58,053 bases of DNA from Bacillota bacterium (GTDB lineage Bacteria; Bacillota; Limnochordia; Darwinibacteriales; Darwinibacteriaceae). The notes under the pieces were generated by a model, which did no database searches, was not told where the DNA came from, and worked only from the letters and a program-made list of their open reading frames with translations. The translations under genes and the position numbers were made by a program. The stretch covers positions 1-58,053 of the forward strand of contig JAAYMI010000011.1 in the NCBI GenBank assembly GCA_012521465.1. Reading direction: 5' to 3'. Shown in pieces: positions 26,704-35,987 of the stretch; the stretch's first letter is position 1, and each line of letters opens with the position of its first letter.

Positions 26704-27906
26704 ATGGTGCGACCTTCGGAGAATGGGCAGAGGATGGCCAGCAGTACAAGTGGGATTTCCCTTGTGCTGCAGCTCCTAGCGAAGCAAGATGCCCTCAGCA
26801 GGATAGAACTGGCGCGGCTGACTGGGCTGACACCTTCAGCAATCACAACGGTGGTGCAGAAGCTCCTCCAGCTGGACCTGATCAAAGAAGCAGGGAAGCA
26901 ATCATCCACGGGTGGGCGGCGCGCCCGTCTATTGGAGATAAATCCAAAGGCAGGAAATGTGCTGGCCGTTGAGTTTGATCAAGAAGAAACAACCATCGCA
27001 CTCTCGGATCTGTGCGGCAGCTTGAATTCATCCCGCACTTACAAAACGTCATCGGGAAGCGCCCAAGTGATGGTGGACACATTAGTCCAGTGCATAAATG
27101 GTTTCATCCGAGAGCACAAACTGCGGAAGCAGGACATCAAGGCTGTGGGAGTCTCCACCCAGGGTATGGTTGATTCGGATTTGGGCACAGTATCGAGCCC
27201 TGTCTCGTTTCAGTGGAAACGGCCCATTCCCCTGCGGGAGATGCTGGAAAGCGGCATTGGGATACCTGTGGTGATTGAGCAGGATGCGCGCCTGGCAGCT
27301 ATTGCTGAGGCGCGCTTTGGAGCAGCCAAAGACACGACCGATCTCATCTATATCAACATCGGTACAGGTATCGGTGCTGGCATTCTGCATGACGGCAAGT
27401 TGTTCACCGGCGCCCAGCACGGCGCCGGCGAATTCGGCCACACAACAGTTGACTACAGCGGCGAACCCTGCCTGTGCGGCAACGTCGGCTGCATCGAAAA
27501 CATCGCCTCGATACCGGCCATGGCGCTGCAGTACCGCAGAAGGCTGATTGAGGCGGGCCAATCGGTGGAAGGTTTCTCATCAAACGTATTCATCACAGCG
27601 CTGGCCGATCGAAGCCCGTTGGCAGTGGAAGTGTTTGAGAATGCCATGCAGTATTTAGGATACGGACTGATCAACTTAGTGAACTTGTTCGATCCAAGAC
27701 TGGTCGTGATCGGGGGCCCCTTGTCTGTGCTGGGTCAGTCAGCATTTCAGCCTATTGCTGACATGATTCGTGAGTCCCGTATTCACGGAGCGTCGGGTGG
27801 AGCTGAACTCGTTGTGAGTAAACTCGGTGATAAAGTTCAGCTGCTTGGCGCGGTTACCCTGGCCTTGGACAAGCTGTTTGCCTTTACCATTCCAGGGTTA
27901 ATCTAG
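26704..27906 (+). CDS. ROK-family transcriptional repressor (NagC/XylR-like: N-terminal wHTH plus ROK sugar-binding domain)
   Basis: ORF 26704..27906. LSRIELARLTGLTPSAITTVVQKLL wHTH, then GTGIGAGIL, AGEFGHTTV, CLCGNVGCIE. AGGAG lies 10 nt before the ATG. Confidence 0.8.
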   Translation: MVRPSENGQRMASSTSGISLVLQLLAKQDALSRIELARLTGLTPSAITTVVQKLLQLDLIKEAGKQSSTGGRRARLLEINPKAGNVLAVEFDQEETTIALSDLCGSLNSSRTYKTSSGSAQVMVDTLVQCINGFIREHKLRKQDIKAVGVSTQGMVDSDLGTVSSPVSFQWKRPIPLREMLESGIGIPVVIEQDARLAAIAEARFGAAKDTTDLIYINIGTGIGAGILHDGKLFTGAQHGAGEFGHTTVDYSGEPCLCGNVGCIENIASIPAMALQYRRRLIEAGQSVEGFSSNVFITALADRSPLAVEVFENAMQYLGYGLINLVNLFDPRLVVIGGPLSVLGQSAFQPIADMIRESRIHGASGGAELVVSKLGDKVQLLGAVTLALDKLFAFTIPGLI

Positions 27907-29510
27907 TGGTTGGCTTTGGCGCGCCGCAGTGCCTGCCGTTTATATTCAGTCACGGTCTTGCCTACGATGCGCTTAAATGTCTTACTGAAGTACTGCTGAT
28001 CCCGAAAGCCAAGTCGGTGATACAGCTCTTTTACGGCGTACTCACCATCGAGAAGCAGCTGCTTGGCTTTCTCAATGCGAAGGTCATTGATATAATTGGT
28101 GATCGTCGTCCCGGTTTCTTTCTTGAACAGATAGCAGAGGTAGTGCTTCGATAAGTTGACGTGATTGGCCAGGTCATCGAGGTAGATGCGTTCGCAGTAA
28201 TGCTCGTGGATATACTCAATGGCCTTTTCCACGTTGTGCCGCAGGCTCCGCAGGCGGTAACCGCTGATCAGATCAACCAACTGCTGGACAAACTCTTCCA
28301 TGATCTCCACAATCTGCCGGAGGCGCAGACAGTTCATGATGCGCTGGCTCACATGGGTGAACTCTTCCCCAAGTCCTAAGCTTTCGCCATAGCGCTCCAA
28401 GAGAGCCGTCACAATGTTGGAAAAGAGCAGCCTCACATGGATGGGGCTGATTCTATTCTGAGCCAAAAATAGCTCCAGTTTTTGAAGATGAAAGGTGCAC
28501 TTCTCTCCGCTTGCTTCGTGGACCGCGGTCAAGATGTTCTGACGCAGCTCCTTGCTTTCGGCAAATACATTCAGATCATAGACACCGCGGGGACTTTCGG
28601 CCAGGAGAATAGTGCTCGACTGGCAGTAAAAAAGCTCAGGCAGGGTCTGTTCTACCTCCTGCCGCACTTGCTGTGCTGCAGTCAGGTCGGAAAAACTTCG
28701 GCTGTAGATCGCGCTGAAGTCGACGTTGAAATAACTTCTGGCTGCAGATCGGATCGATTGCAGCAGTTTCAGAAGCTGCTGGGTGCTCAAGTTACTGGAA
28801 GAGAGCAGAAGCTCAAAGCTCTGATCCTGTTCCTTCAGGAGATGCGGCACTTGTTCTGTCTCCAGAATATCTACTGCCAGATTCGCTACAGCATTGTTAA
28901 TGGTATCCGGACCCCGCTTGCCGTACTCAAGGGCGGCGCCCCCATCGCGGTGAAACACGGCGATGGTGTACGCAAGGCTCGCAGAATCAAAGCGCAGGTG
29001 GGCGCAGCGCTCGTGAAAGCCATCAGACAGCACGAAATCTGGCGAAGTGATCTCGTCGTAGAGGCTCTCCTTCAGAGCTGCACTGTTGAGCTCTAGGTAC
29101 TTCTGAAGGCTGGCGTAATCCCTCTCCTCGCTCGGTTTCAATCCCTCCGTAAGACGCTCAAGAGCTGTGATCAATTCTTCGTCCTCAACCTCCGACTTGA
29201 GGATGAAGTTGTCAGCTCCGCTCTGAAAGGCTTCCCGCACATAGTCAAAGTCGCTGTAACTGGTAAGAATCAAGATCCGGGTGCGGCTGTCTTCTTGACG
29301 GATCTGTTTTGTCAGCCAGATCCCATCTTGTTTGGGCATCTTTATGTCTGCAATGACAATATCTGGTTTGAGCCTGCGGTAGAGGTCCCAGCCATCTAGG
29401 CCGTTGGAGGCCTCGCCCACCACCATAAAATCGGGCCCTTCCTGCGCCAAGGTGCTCTTGAGGCCAACGCGCACCAACACCTCATCTTCTACGATCAGTA
29501 CCTTATACAT
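27903..29510 (-). CDS. response regulator with AraC-type HTH output (YesN-like)
   Basis: ORF 27903..29510. MYKVLIVEDE...DIVIADIKMP receiver domain. C-terminal AraC HTH (LSKHYLCYLFKKETGTTITNYINDLRIEKAKQLL). Confidence 0.85.
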   Translation of the reverse strand: MYKVLIVEDEVLVRVGLKSTLAQEGPDFMVVGEASNGLDGWDLYRRLKPDIVIADIKMPKQDGIWLTKQIRQEDSRTRILILTSYSDFDYVREAFQSGADNFILKSEVEDEELITALERLTEGLKPSEERDYASLQKYLELNSAALKESLYDEITSPDFVLSDGFHERCAHLRFDSASLAYTIAVFHRDGGAALEYGKRGPDTINNAVANLAVDILETEQVPHLLKEQDQSFELLLSSSNLSTQQLLKLLQSIRSAARSYFNVDFSAIYSRSFSDLTAAQQVRQEVEQTLPELFYCQSSTILLAESPRGVYDLNVFAESKELRQNILTAVHEASGEKCTFHLQKLELFLAQNRISPIHVRLLFSNIVTALLERYGESLGLGEEFTHVSQRIMNCLRLRQIVEIMEEFVQQLVDLISGYRLRSLRHNVEKAIEYIHEHYCERIYLDDLANHVNLSKHYLCYLFKKETGTTITNYINDLRIEKAKQLLLDGEYAVKELYHRLGFRDQQYFSKTFKRIVGKTVTEYKRQALRRAKANH

Positions 29511-31282
29511 GTGAATTCCCCCGGGTCATCTTCAGCCTTCTTAACGGGCATAGTCACAGTTACCTTCGTCCAAGAATTTAGCTCTGAGTCAACCTGAACA
29601 CCATAGTCTGTGCCGAAGTATATTTGGACTCGCTGGTTGACGTTGTTCAGTCCAGCCGTACTGAAGCGATTCTTGTCTCGTTCACCCTTAAAGATACGCT
29701 GCAGCGTTTCGCCGTCAATTCCTGGGCCGTTATCCACCACGCTCAGCGTCAGCAGCCCATCCGCTTGGGCCGCAGAGATAACGATGCGCAGATCCGACTT
29801 GCCGTCATTCTCAGAACCATAGATAATGGAGTTCTCCACGATCGGCTGGAGGATCAGCTTGGGCACCAAGCAGTCAAGGCAATCATCGTCAATGAAGTAC
29901 TCCACCGAGAAACGCTGGTTGAAGCGAAGCCTCTGCAGGAGAATGTAGTTTTTTACATACTCGATTTCATCCTGCAGCACAATCAGATCCCGGCCCAAAT
30001 CAACGCTGATCCGCAGCAGTTTGATTAGAGCGGTAATGGCACCGGCGATGCTTTTATCGCCTTGAATCTTAGCCATGAGGCGGATGGTGTTCAGGCTGTT
30101 ATAGAGGAAATGAGGGTTGATCTGAGCCCGGAGAACCTCCAGCTCCATCTCTTTCTTCTCCCGCTCTTCCTGCACCAACTGTCGGATCAACGCATCCACC
30201 TTTTCGATCATGTGGTTGAAGCTCACCCCGAGCTGGCCTATTTCATCAGCCCTGGCAGTATTTACCCTGACCGAGAGATTTCCCCGTTCCGCCTGCTTCA
30301 TGAGGTGCATCATATCAGTGATCGGCTGAGTAGTCTTGACGGAAAAGACCACCACGGCTGTCATTGCGATCAAACAGCACAGCACGAGTGCGGCTAGAAT
30401 GATGCGGTGGGTGGTGTCTAGACGCCGAAAGAGGTAATCGGCAGGGATGGTGCGGACTATGCGCCATCGAAAGCTGTTGCACACTGAGTAGATGGCGAAG
30501 TAGTCCCGGTCGTTTAGGCGAAAGGAAACAAAGCCGTGCTCTTGTGGAGCAGATAGGATAGTCTGCATATAGGGGTGATCCGCCAGAAACGTGCCGATCA
30601 TGGACTTGTCCGTATGGCTGATGACGTAGCCGCCCTCCGTGACCACGAATACCTCCCCTTCCCCCTCGGCCACGAGATTGCGGTAGAGGCGTTCCAGGGT
30701 AAGCTCGTCGATATCGATGGTCAGATAGCCCAATTCTTGGAGGGTATCCAGGTCAATGAGCTTGCGGGCTAGGGAGAAATAATACTTCGTATACTGACCG
30801 GAAAAGATGTTGATTCGCTCAGGCTTGGTTTCTATCCACACCACTTCACCAGACGTGTGGGCTAGGCGCTCCTCCACTGATCGGCGCACATCGGCCGATT
30901 TGACAGCGCCCACGTAGTACGTGTCCTGCGGTGTGTAGACATAGATCCCGTCAATATCCTCCCGGGACGTAAAGAAGCTCCTGATCAGACTGCGGAAAGA
31001 ACCCACATCTACTTCCTCGGGATAGTTGAGGGCGCGGGTGAAATCGCGATTTGTCAAGATGACGTTGGAGAACTCCACCATGTCGTTGAAGACGTAGCTC
31101 ATGTGCTGTCCGACAGAACTTACGGACTGCACAGCAGACTCGATATAGTTCTCAGCAATGACCTCTTTCACGTACCCGACATAGACCATGTACAGGGCAA
31201 CGCTGGGGAAAATGGTGAAGATCAGGATCACAAGGGATAGGCGAAACCGCAGCGAGTGGTAGAATTTAATGCTTCTCTCCAT
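29495..31282 (-). CDS. sensor histidine kinase (YesM/LytS-type: 2 TM, HAMP, His_kinase, HATPase)
   Basis: ORF 29495..31282. N-terminal TM, second TM (ILAALVLCCLIAMTAVVVF) followed by a HAMP region, QINPHFLYNSLN H-box, DNGPGI G-box. Overlaps the response-regulator gene by 16 nt. Confidence 0.85.
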   Translation of the reverse strand: MERSIKFYHSLRFRLSLVILIFTIFPSVALYMVYVGYVKEVIAENYIESAVQSVSSVGQHMSYVFNDMVEFSNVILTNRDFTRALNYPEEVDVGSFRSLIRSFFTSREDIDGIYVYTPQDTYYVGAVKSADVRRSVEERLAHTSGEVVWIETKPERINIFSGQYTKYYFSLARKLIDLDTLQELGYLTIDIDELTLERLYRNLVAEGEGEVFVVTEGGYVISHTDKSMIGTFLADHPYMQTILSAPQEHGFVSFRLNDRDYFAIYSVCNSFRWRIVRTIPADYLFRRLDTTHRIILAALVLCCLIAMTAVVVFSVKTTQPITDMMHLMKQAERGNLSVRVNTARADEIGQLGVSFNHMIEKVDALIRQLVQEEREKKEMELEVLRAQINPHFLYNSLNTIRLMAKIQGDKSIAGAITALIKLLRISVDLGRDLIVLQDEIEYVKNYILLQRLRFNQRFSVEYFIDDDCLDCLVPKLILQPIVENSIIYGSENDGKSDLRIVISAAQADGLLTLSVVDNGPGIDGETLQRIFKGERDKNRFSTAGLNNVNQRVQIYFGTDYGVQVDSELNSWTKVTVTMPVKKAEDDPGEFTCIRY

Positions 31283-31292
31283 AGCCGTTCAC

Positions 31293-32762
31293 TTACTCCA
31301 GAGTGTCGATCTGCCCCGCTAAGGCGTAGGCTGTTGCTTCTGGTGTGAGGTCGTTTCTCAACATGTCATACAGGGTATCCTTAATAATCCGTTCCACATG
31401 GACGAAATTCGCGGTTTTCGGCCGGAAGTAGACTTTGTCTTCCTCCCAAGCAGAGAGGACCACTTCCATCTGGAGGGCGTTGGTAGCCTTGCGAATCTCC
31501 TCGTCTTCGCACACGGACTTCCGGGGTGGGATGTTTCCTCCTTCAGGAGCATTGAGAATCACCAGCTGGATGTCGCGGCTTGCCATCCACACGATGAACA
31601 ACCAGGCCGCTTTTTTCTGCTCTTCAGTGGCAAACTTGCTGATCCCGATCCCAGCACCGCCGTAAATGTTAGCGCTGCGCACATCGCCATAGGGAAGAAT
31701 ACTGTAGCCTACCTTGCCGGCAACTTTCGAAAGCTCTCCGTTCTCAATCGCAGCCCAGTTTTCGTCCCAATTGGGCATCATTGCGATCTCGCCCCGTTTG
31801 AAAGCTTCTGCCAAATCAACCCAATCCCATTCCAAGCTGTCTGGAGCCGAAGCCTGAATCACCCGCTTGTAAATCTCTAGGGACTTGATAAACTCTGGAC
31901 TAGTTACCCCCACTTCTACCGCCTTTTCCAAACCGAGACTGCTGACATCAGCGTCATAGAAGTAGTCCGCCCCATACGCGGCCATCACATTGGAGAATCC
32001 GCAGTAAAGCGCATTGTGATTCTGGGCCATAAACCCGCTGCCGTATTTCACTTCCTCATCAGGCACATTCGCGTCAATCCACTTCGCTACCTCAATGTAC
32101 CGCTCCCAAGTAAAGTCCCTGGTGCCCGGAGTCCAATCGTAGCCGTGCTCGGCTTGGAAGGCTGCACGGTATTTGTCGAAAATATCCTTGCGGTAGAAGA
32201 GGATCATCGTGGGCGTATCGAAGGGGATGGCATAGACAGTGTCTCGGTCGAGAAAATGGGAAATCACATCGACTTGATCTTGATAGAAATCATGGGGCCA
32301 GCCGTCAATCTGCGGCAGGGTGGGGTCGTTAATGAAACGGTTGAGGTCCTCAAGCGCGTTGTAAAACCGATTCAGTGTCTGGTATGGGTCGACGTAAATC
32401 AATTCGTATCGAGAAGTCTGGGAGATGAAGTCAATGCTGGTACGCTCAATAAACGAATCGTAGTCCATGGGCCGAACATTCACATGAATGCCGGTCACGT
32501 TAGTAAACTCACCGCTCTCTCTGGTGAGGATATTCGCGTTAATGTTGTTCTCCACCACAAAGTCGAGGGTAATGCCCTCAAACTGGCGCCACTTGAAGTT
32601 CTGGGGTGCAGCAATGTACTCAAATCCTGCGCTAACATGAACCTCATTGACGTCCTGCTTAGGAGTCCTGACTCCCCGCAGGAAAAAGCCGCAGAGCGCC
32701 AGCACTACAATACCAATACCACCTATGAGTAAGCGCCTGGTTCGGCCCGTTCTGGCCATCAT
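31293..32762 (-). CDS. large family-1 solute-binding protein, membrane-anchored, cotranscribed with the kinase/regulator pair
   Basis: ORF 31293..32762 (489 aa). N-terminal RRLLIGGIGIVVLALCGFF anchor; the rest has SBP-like composition. Stop lies 10 nt before the kinase start. Confidence 0.7.
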   Translation of the reverse strand: MMARTGRTRRLLIGGIGIVVLALCGFFLRGVRTPKQDVNEVHVSAGFEYIAAPQNFKWRQFEGITLDFVVENNINANILTRESGEFTNVTGIHVNVRPMDYDSFIERTSIDFISQTSRYELIYVDPYQTLNRFYNALEDLNRFINDPTLPQIDGWPHDFYQDQVDVISHFLDRDTVYAIPFDTPTMILFYRKDIFDKYRAAFQAEHGYDWTPGTRDFTWERYIEVAKWIDANVPDEEVKYGSGFMAQNHNALYCGFSNVMAAYGADYFYDADVSSLGLEKAVEVGVTSPEFIKSLEIYKRVIQASAPDSLEWDWVDLAEAFKRGEIAMMPNWDENWAAIENGELSKVAGKVGYSILPYGDVRSANIYGGAGIGISKFATEEQKKAAWLFIVWMASRDIQLVILNAPEGGNIPPRKSVCEDEEIRKATNALQMEVVLSAWEEDKVYFRPKTANFVHVERIIKDTLYDMLRNDLTPEATAYALAGQIDTLE

Positions 32763-32820
32763 AACCCTCCCGCATCAACATGGTTTGATGACACATGTGA
32801 AAGCTATTCTCATATGCAAA

Positions 32821-32863
32821 GCCTAATTCCTTTATGTGATGTTTCCCACAAAAGGAATTAGGC
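32821..32863 (-). terminator. 13-bp perfect inverted repeat (terminator, attenuator or operator) between the dehydrogenase gene and the sensor genes
   Basis: GCCTAATTCCTTT (32821-32833) and AAAGGAATTAGGC (32851-32863) with a 17-nt spacer. Starts 13 nt downstream of the stop at 32876. Only TTTG follows on the minus strand. Confidence 0.45.
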
Positions 32864-32875
32864 GTCAGCTGCACG

Positions 32876-33916
32876 CTAGAACTTGATAATGGCCTTTACG
32901 ACATCCCGTTTGTTGCTGGTTACGAAGTCAAGTGCTTCTTGCAGGGCATCAAACTCAAATTGGTGAGTCACAATCCCCTTTAGGTCAATCATGCCTGAGG
33001 CGAGGGCTTGGATTGCCGTAGGATAGAGATTGCGGTACCGGAACACCGATTGGATCTGGGCTTCCTTAGCTAGAATCTTGGCGAAATTGAATTCGATCGT
33101 ATCCTGGGGTGCCATGCCCACCAAAACAATGGTTCCTCCCCGCTTCACTAGATAAGACGTTTGCTGCACTGTGACTACCGCACCTGCCGTCTCCACAACT
33201 ACATCCGCGCCGCGGCCGTTGGTAAGCTCATCAATGTACGCCACAGCGTCATGCTCAGCTGCGTTGATCACATGAGTCGCTCCAAGCTTATAGGCAGCAG
33301 CCAGCCGGTTCTCCAACACATCAACTACGATAACATTGGTAGCACCATAGGCTCTGCAGGCCAGTAGGGTACAAAGGCCGATGCAGCCTGCTCCCAAAAT
33401 CACCACAGTGCTCCCTAAGGTCACACTGCCCTGGCGCGCCGCATGCAGTCCCACAGAGAGGGGCTCAACTAGGGCACCCTCCAGCGTAGTCACATTGGCC
33501 GGCAGCTTAAAGCACATGTTCTCAGGAAAGGCCAGGTAATCCCGGAATGCCCCGTGATATGGAGGAGTAGCCAAGAACTCCACAGCTGGGCAGAGGTTGT
33601 ACTTACCGCTCTTGCAGAATTCACACTGGCCGCAGGTGATGCCGGGTTCTAGGCATACTCGATCTCCAACACTCAGCTCAGTTACGGCGCTGCCCGTTTC
33701 TACCACCACGCCGGCGCATTCGTGGCCCAAGATGAAATCTCCTTCCACCACAAAATCACCAATCCGGCCGTTCTCGTAGTAGTGCACGTCGGAACCACAG
33801 ATCCCGCAGTACTCCAGTTTCACAATTACTTCGTGTGGTTTAGGCTTGGGCATCTCTATCTCACGAATTTCCATCTGACCCAGGCCCGTCATGAATGCGG
33901 CTCTGTTGATTATCAT
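32876..33916 (-). CDS. Zn-dependent sorbitol/xylitol (L-iditol 2-) dehydrogenase-like MDR
   Basis: ORF 32876..33916. GICGSDVHYY, GHECAG, CGQCEFCKSGKYNLC and FLATPPYHGAF parallel B. subtilis GutB. Confidence 0.8.
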   Translation of the reverse strand: MIINRAAFMTGLGQMEIREIEMPKPKPHEVIVKLEYCGICGSDVHYYENGRIGDFVVEGDFILGHECAGVVVETGSAVTELSVGDRVCLEPGITCGQCEFCKSGKYNLCPAVEFLATPPYHGAFRDYLAFPENMCFKLPANVTTLEGALVEPLSVGLHAARQGSVTLGSTVVILGAGCIGLCTLLACRAYGATNVIVVDVLENRLAAAYKLGATHVINAAEHDAVAYIDELTNGRGADVVVETAGAVVTVQQTSYLVKRGGTIVLVGMAPQDTIEFNFAKILAKEAQIQSVFRYRNLYPTAIQALASGMIDLKGIVTHQFEFDALQEALDFVTSNKRDVVKAIIKF

Positions 33917-33941
33917 GGTTCTTTCCTCCCTTGCAATAGAT

Positions 33942-33975
33942 CTGCAGGGACCGGCCTAAAGCCAGTCCCCTGCAG
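33942..33975 (-). promoter_or_regulatory. intercistronic stem-loop just downstream of the binding-protein gene
   Basis: CTGCAGGGAC (33942-33951) pairs with GTCCCCTGCAG (33965-33975), with one bulged C. Lies between the SBP stop (33985) and the dehydrogenase start (33916). Confidence 0.5.
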
Positions 33976-33984
33976 CCTTGTCTG

Positions 33985-34953
33985 TTACTGAATGTTGCCA
34001 GCCCTGCGGTGAACCTCGATGTATTCCTCCACGTTCTCCTGAGTAATGAGCGGGCAGTCTACCATAATGATCTCATGCTCTTTCTTGCCTGTGAGAATGT
34101 CATAGGCAAGTCCTACGGCCTTTTCAGCCAGCTCGTAGGCGCTCTGAAGGGTAGTGGAGGTCATGACACCGTCCCGAATCAAAAGACAGGCTTCGGCTGT
34201 ACCGTCCACACCGTAGGCAAGGATATCGCTGATACCCGCTGCTTTGGTGGCTTCCAAGGCGCCGGCCGCCATGTTGTCATTCATGGAAATGATGGCGTCG
34301 ATCTTGCCGTAAGTCAGGATCCAGTCTTCCATGAAGCGCATGGCCTCATCTTTGTTCCAGTTTGCGATCTGCTCGTCCAGAATGACGACATCAGGGCGGT
34401 GATCGAAGAATTCCTTCTGCCAGCCAACGCGCCGCATATCAGAGTGCATGTTCCCAGCTGGACCCATCAGCACGACCACCCGGCCGTTCTGGGGGACCTG
34501 TTCTCGAGCCAGGCGAGCATTGCGGGCGGCCTGTTCCACAGGATCGGCATCAACGGCTGGAGCACGGTCGTTGTCATTGATGCGGTTATTCACAGTCACA
34601 ACTTTCACGCCTGCATCCATAGCAGCCATGGCCGGAGCCACTTGCGCCTCAGAATCGAGGGGCTGGAGGAGAATGAGGTCATAGCGGTTTACAACAGCGT
34701 TTTCAATGTGAGCGGTGATTACTTCATTGCGGCTTTGTCCGTCAAAGACGTCTACCCGTACATCGGGATAGTTCCGAGCTACTTCATCTCGAATGGCATT
34801 GGCCAGCCAAGCGGCAAAGGAATCTCCCTGAGCCCGTGCAATGTACGCAATCCGATACACTTTCTCCTGTGCTCCGGCAACTCCCACGGCAGCTGTCAGA
34901 AAGGAACAGCACACCAAGAACGCAAGGGCAACACCGATCAACTTCTTCATCAT
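33985..34953 (-). CDS. CUT2 (RbsB-type) periplasmic sugar-binding protein
   Basis: ORF 33985..34953. Signal peptide MMKKLIGVALAFLVCCSFLTAAVGVAGA/QE. Peripla_BP-type body (IAYIARAQGDSF..., NDNMAAGA). Confidence 0.8.
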   Translation of the reverse strand: MMKKLIGVALAFLVCCSFLTAAVGVAGAQEKVYRIAYIARAQGDSFAAWLANAIRDEVARNYPDVRVDVFDGQSRNEVITAHIENAVVNRYDLILLQPLDSEAQVAPAMAAMDAGVKVVTVNNRINDNDRAPAVDADPVEQAARNARLAREQVPQNGRVVVLMGPAGNMHSDMRRVGWQKEFFDHRPDVVILDEQIANWNKDEAMRFMEDWILTYGKIDAIISMNDNMAAGALEATKAAGISDILAYGVDGTAEACLLIRDGVMTSTTLQSAYELAEKAVGLAYDILTGKKEHEIIMVDCPLITQENVEEYIEVHRRAGNIQ

Positions 34954-34982
34954 ACATACCTTCTTTCTGTGTGTTTTTTATT

Positions 34983-35987
34983 TCAAGCCTGGCCAGGCTG
35001 AAACTCGCTTTTGACCCGGGAGCCGAGCTTGCGTGCTTCCCGCTTTTTCTTTGAGTAGATGTCGTAGCACACTGCTAAGGCGATGATGGCACCCCGAACG
35101 ATCTGCTGCATGTACGACTGCACTCTCATCAAGTTCATAATGTTGTTCAGGATCCCCATGATGAAAGCCCCTGCTAGTGTCCCGCTGGCCGTGCCGATTC
35201 CCCCAGAGAAGCTCGTCCCACCGATGATGGCAGATGTCATAGCTTCGAACTCGGCCATGATGCCAGCATTTGGCAGGCCGGCATTAACCCTGGACATGAA
35301 CAGCACACCCGCAATGCCTACAAACACACCATTGATCAAATAGGCTTTCATCTTCACAGCATTGACATTAATTCCCGACGCTCGCGCAGCTTCTGCATTG
35401 CCGCCAATCGCGTACAGGCTGCGGCCAAGCCTGGTGTGGCGGAGCAGGTACCAGGTGACTACTCCGATTCCCACCATAAACAGCACGGGCGTTGGAATGG
35501 GCCCAACTGAGCTTTGCCCGAAGACCACGTAGTTCCCGATTTGGTAGATATTCTGTCCGCTCGTGTACTGCAGGGCCGCTCCGCGGGCAACCGTCTGCAT
35601 CGCAAGGGTAGCGATGAACGGGGGTGTATTGAAGCGTGTGACAATGATCCCGTTAACGATGTTGCAGACCACACCCACAGCTAGCCCCACAGCCATGGCT
35701 AACGCTAGTGAACCGGTGGCCTTGTAAGAGGCCACAGACAACACACCAGCCAGGGCCAGCACGGAACCTGCCGATAGGTCCAGCAGTCCGGCAATGATCA
35801 GGATAGTGGCACCGAAGGCCAAGATAGTCGTGATGGAAATCTGCCGTGAGATATTGGTGATGTTCAAGGTCGACAAGAATACTGGACTGATGATCGAGCT
35901 GATCACGATCATCGCTGCCAGCACAAGATAGATGCTGTATCTGCTGGAGTACTTGCGAATGGTGTTTACCAAATCTGGAGAACTCAC
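34983..35987 (-). CDS. CUT2 (RbsC-type) sugar ABC permease
   Basis: ORF 34983..35987. Highly hydrophobic. GGNAEAARASGINV motif typical of RbsC/BPD_transp_2. GTGA overlap with the ATPase gene. Confidence 0.85.
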   Translation of the reverse strand: MSSPDLVNTIRKYSSRYSIYLVLAAMIVISSIISPVFLSTLNITNISRQISITTILAFGATILIIAGLLDLSAGSVLALAGVLSVASYKATGSLALAMAVGLAVGVVCNIVNGIIVTRFNTPPFIATLAMQTVARGAALQYTSGQNIYQIGNYVVFGQSSVGPIPTPVLFMVGIGVVTWYLLRHTRLGRSLYAIGGNAEAARASGINVNAVKMKAYLINGVFVGIAGVLFMSRVNAGLPNAGIMAEFEAMTSAIIGGTSFSGGIGTASGTLAGAFIMGILNNIMNLMRVQSYMQQIVRGAIIALAVCYDIYSKKKREARKLGSRVKSEFQPGQA

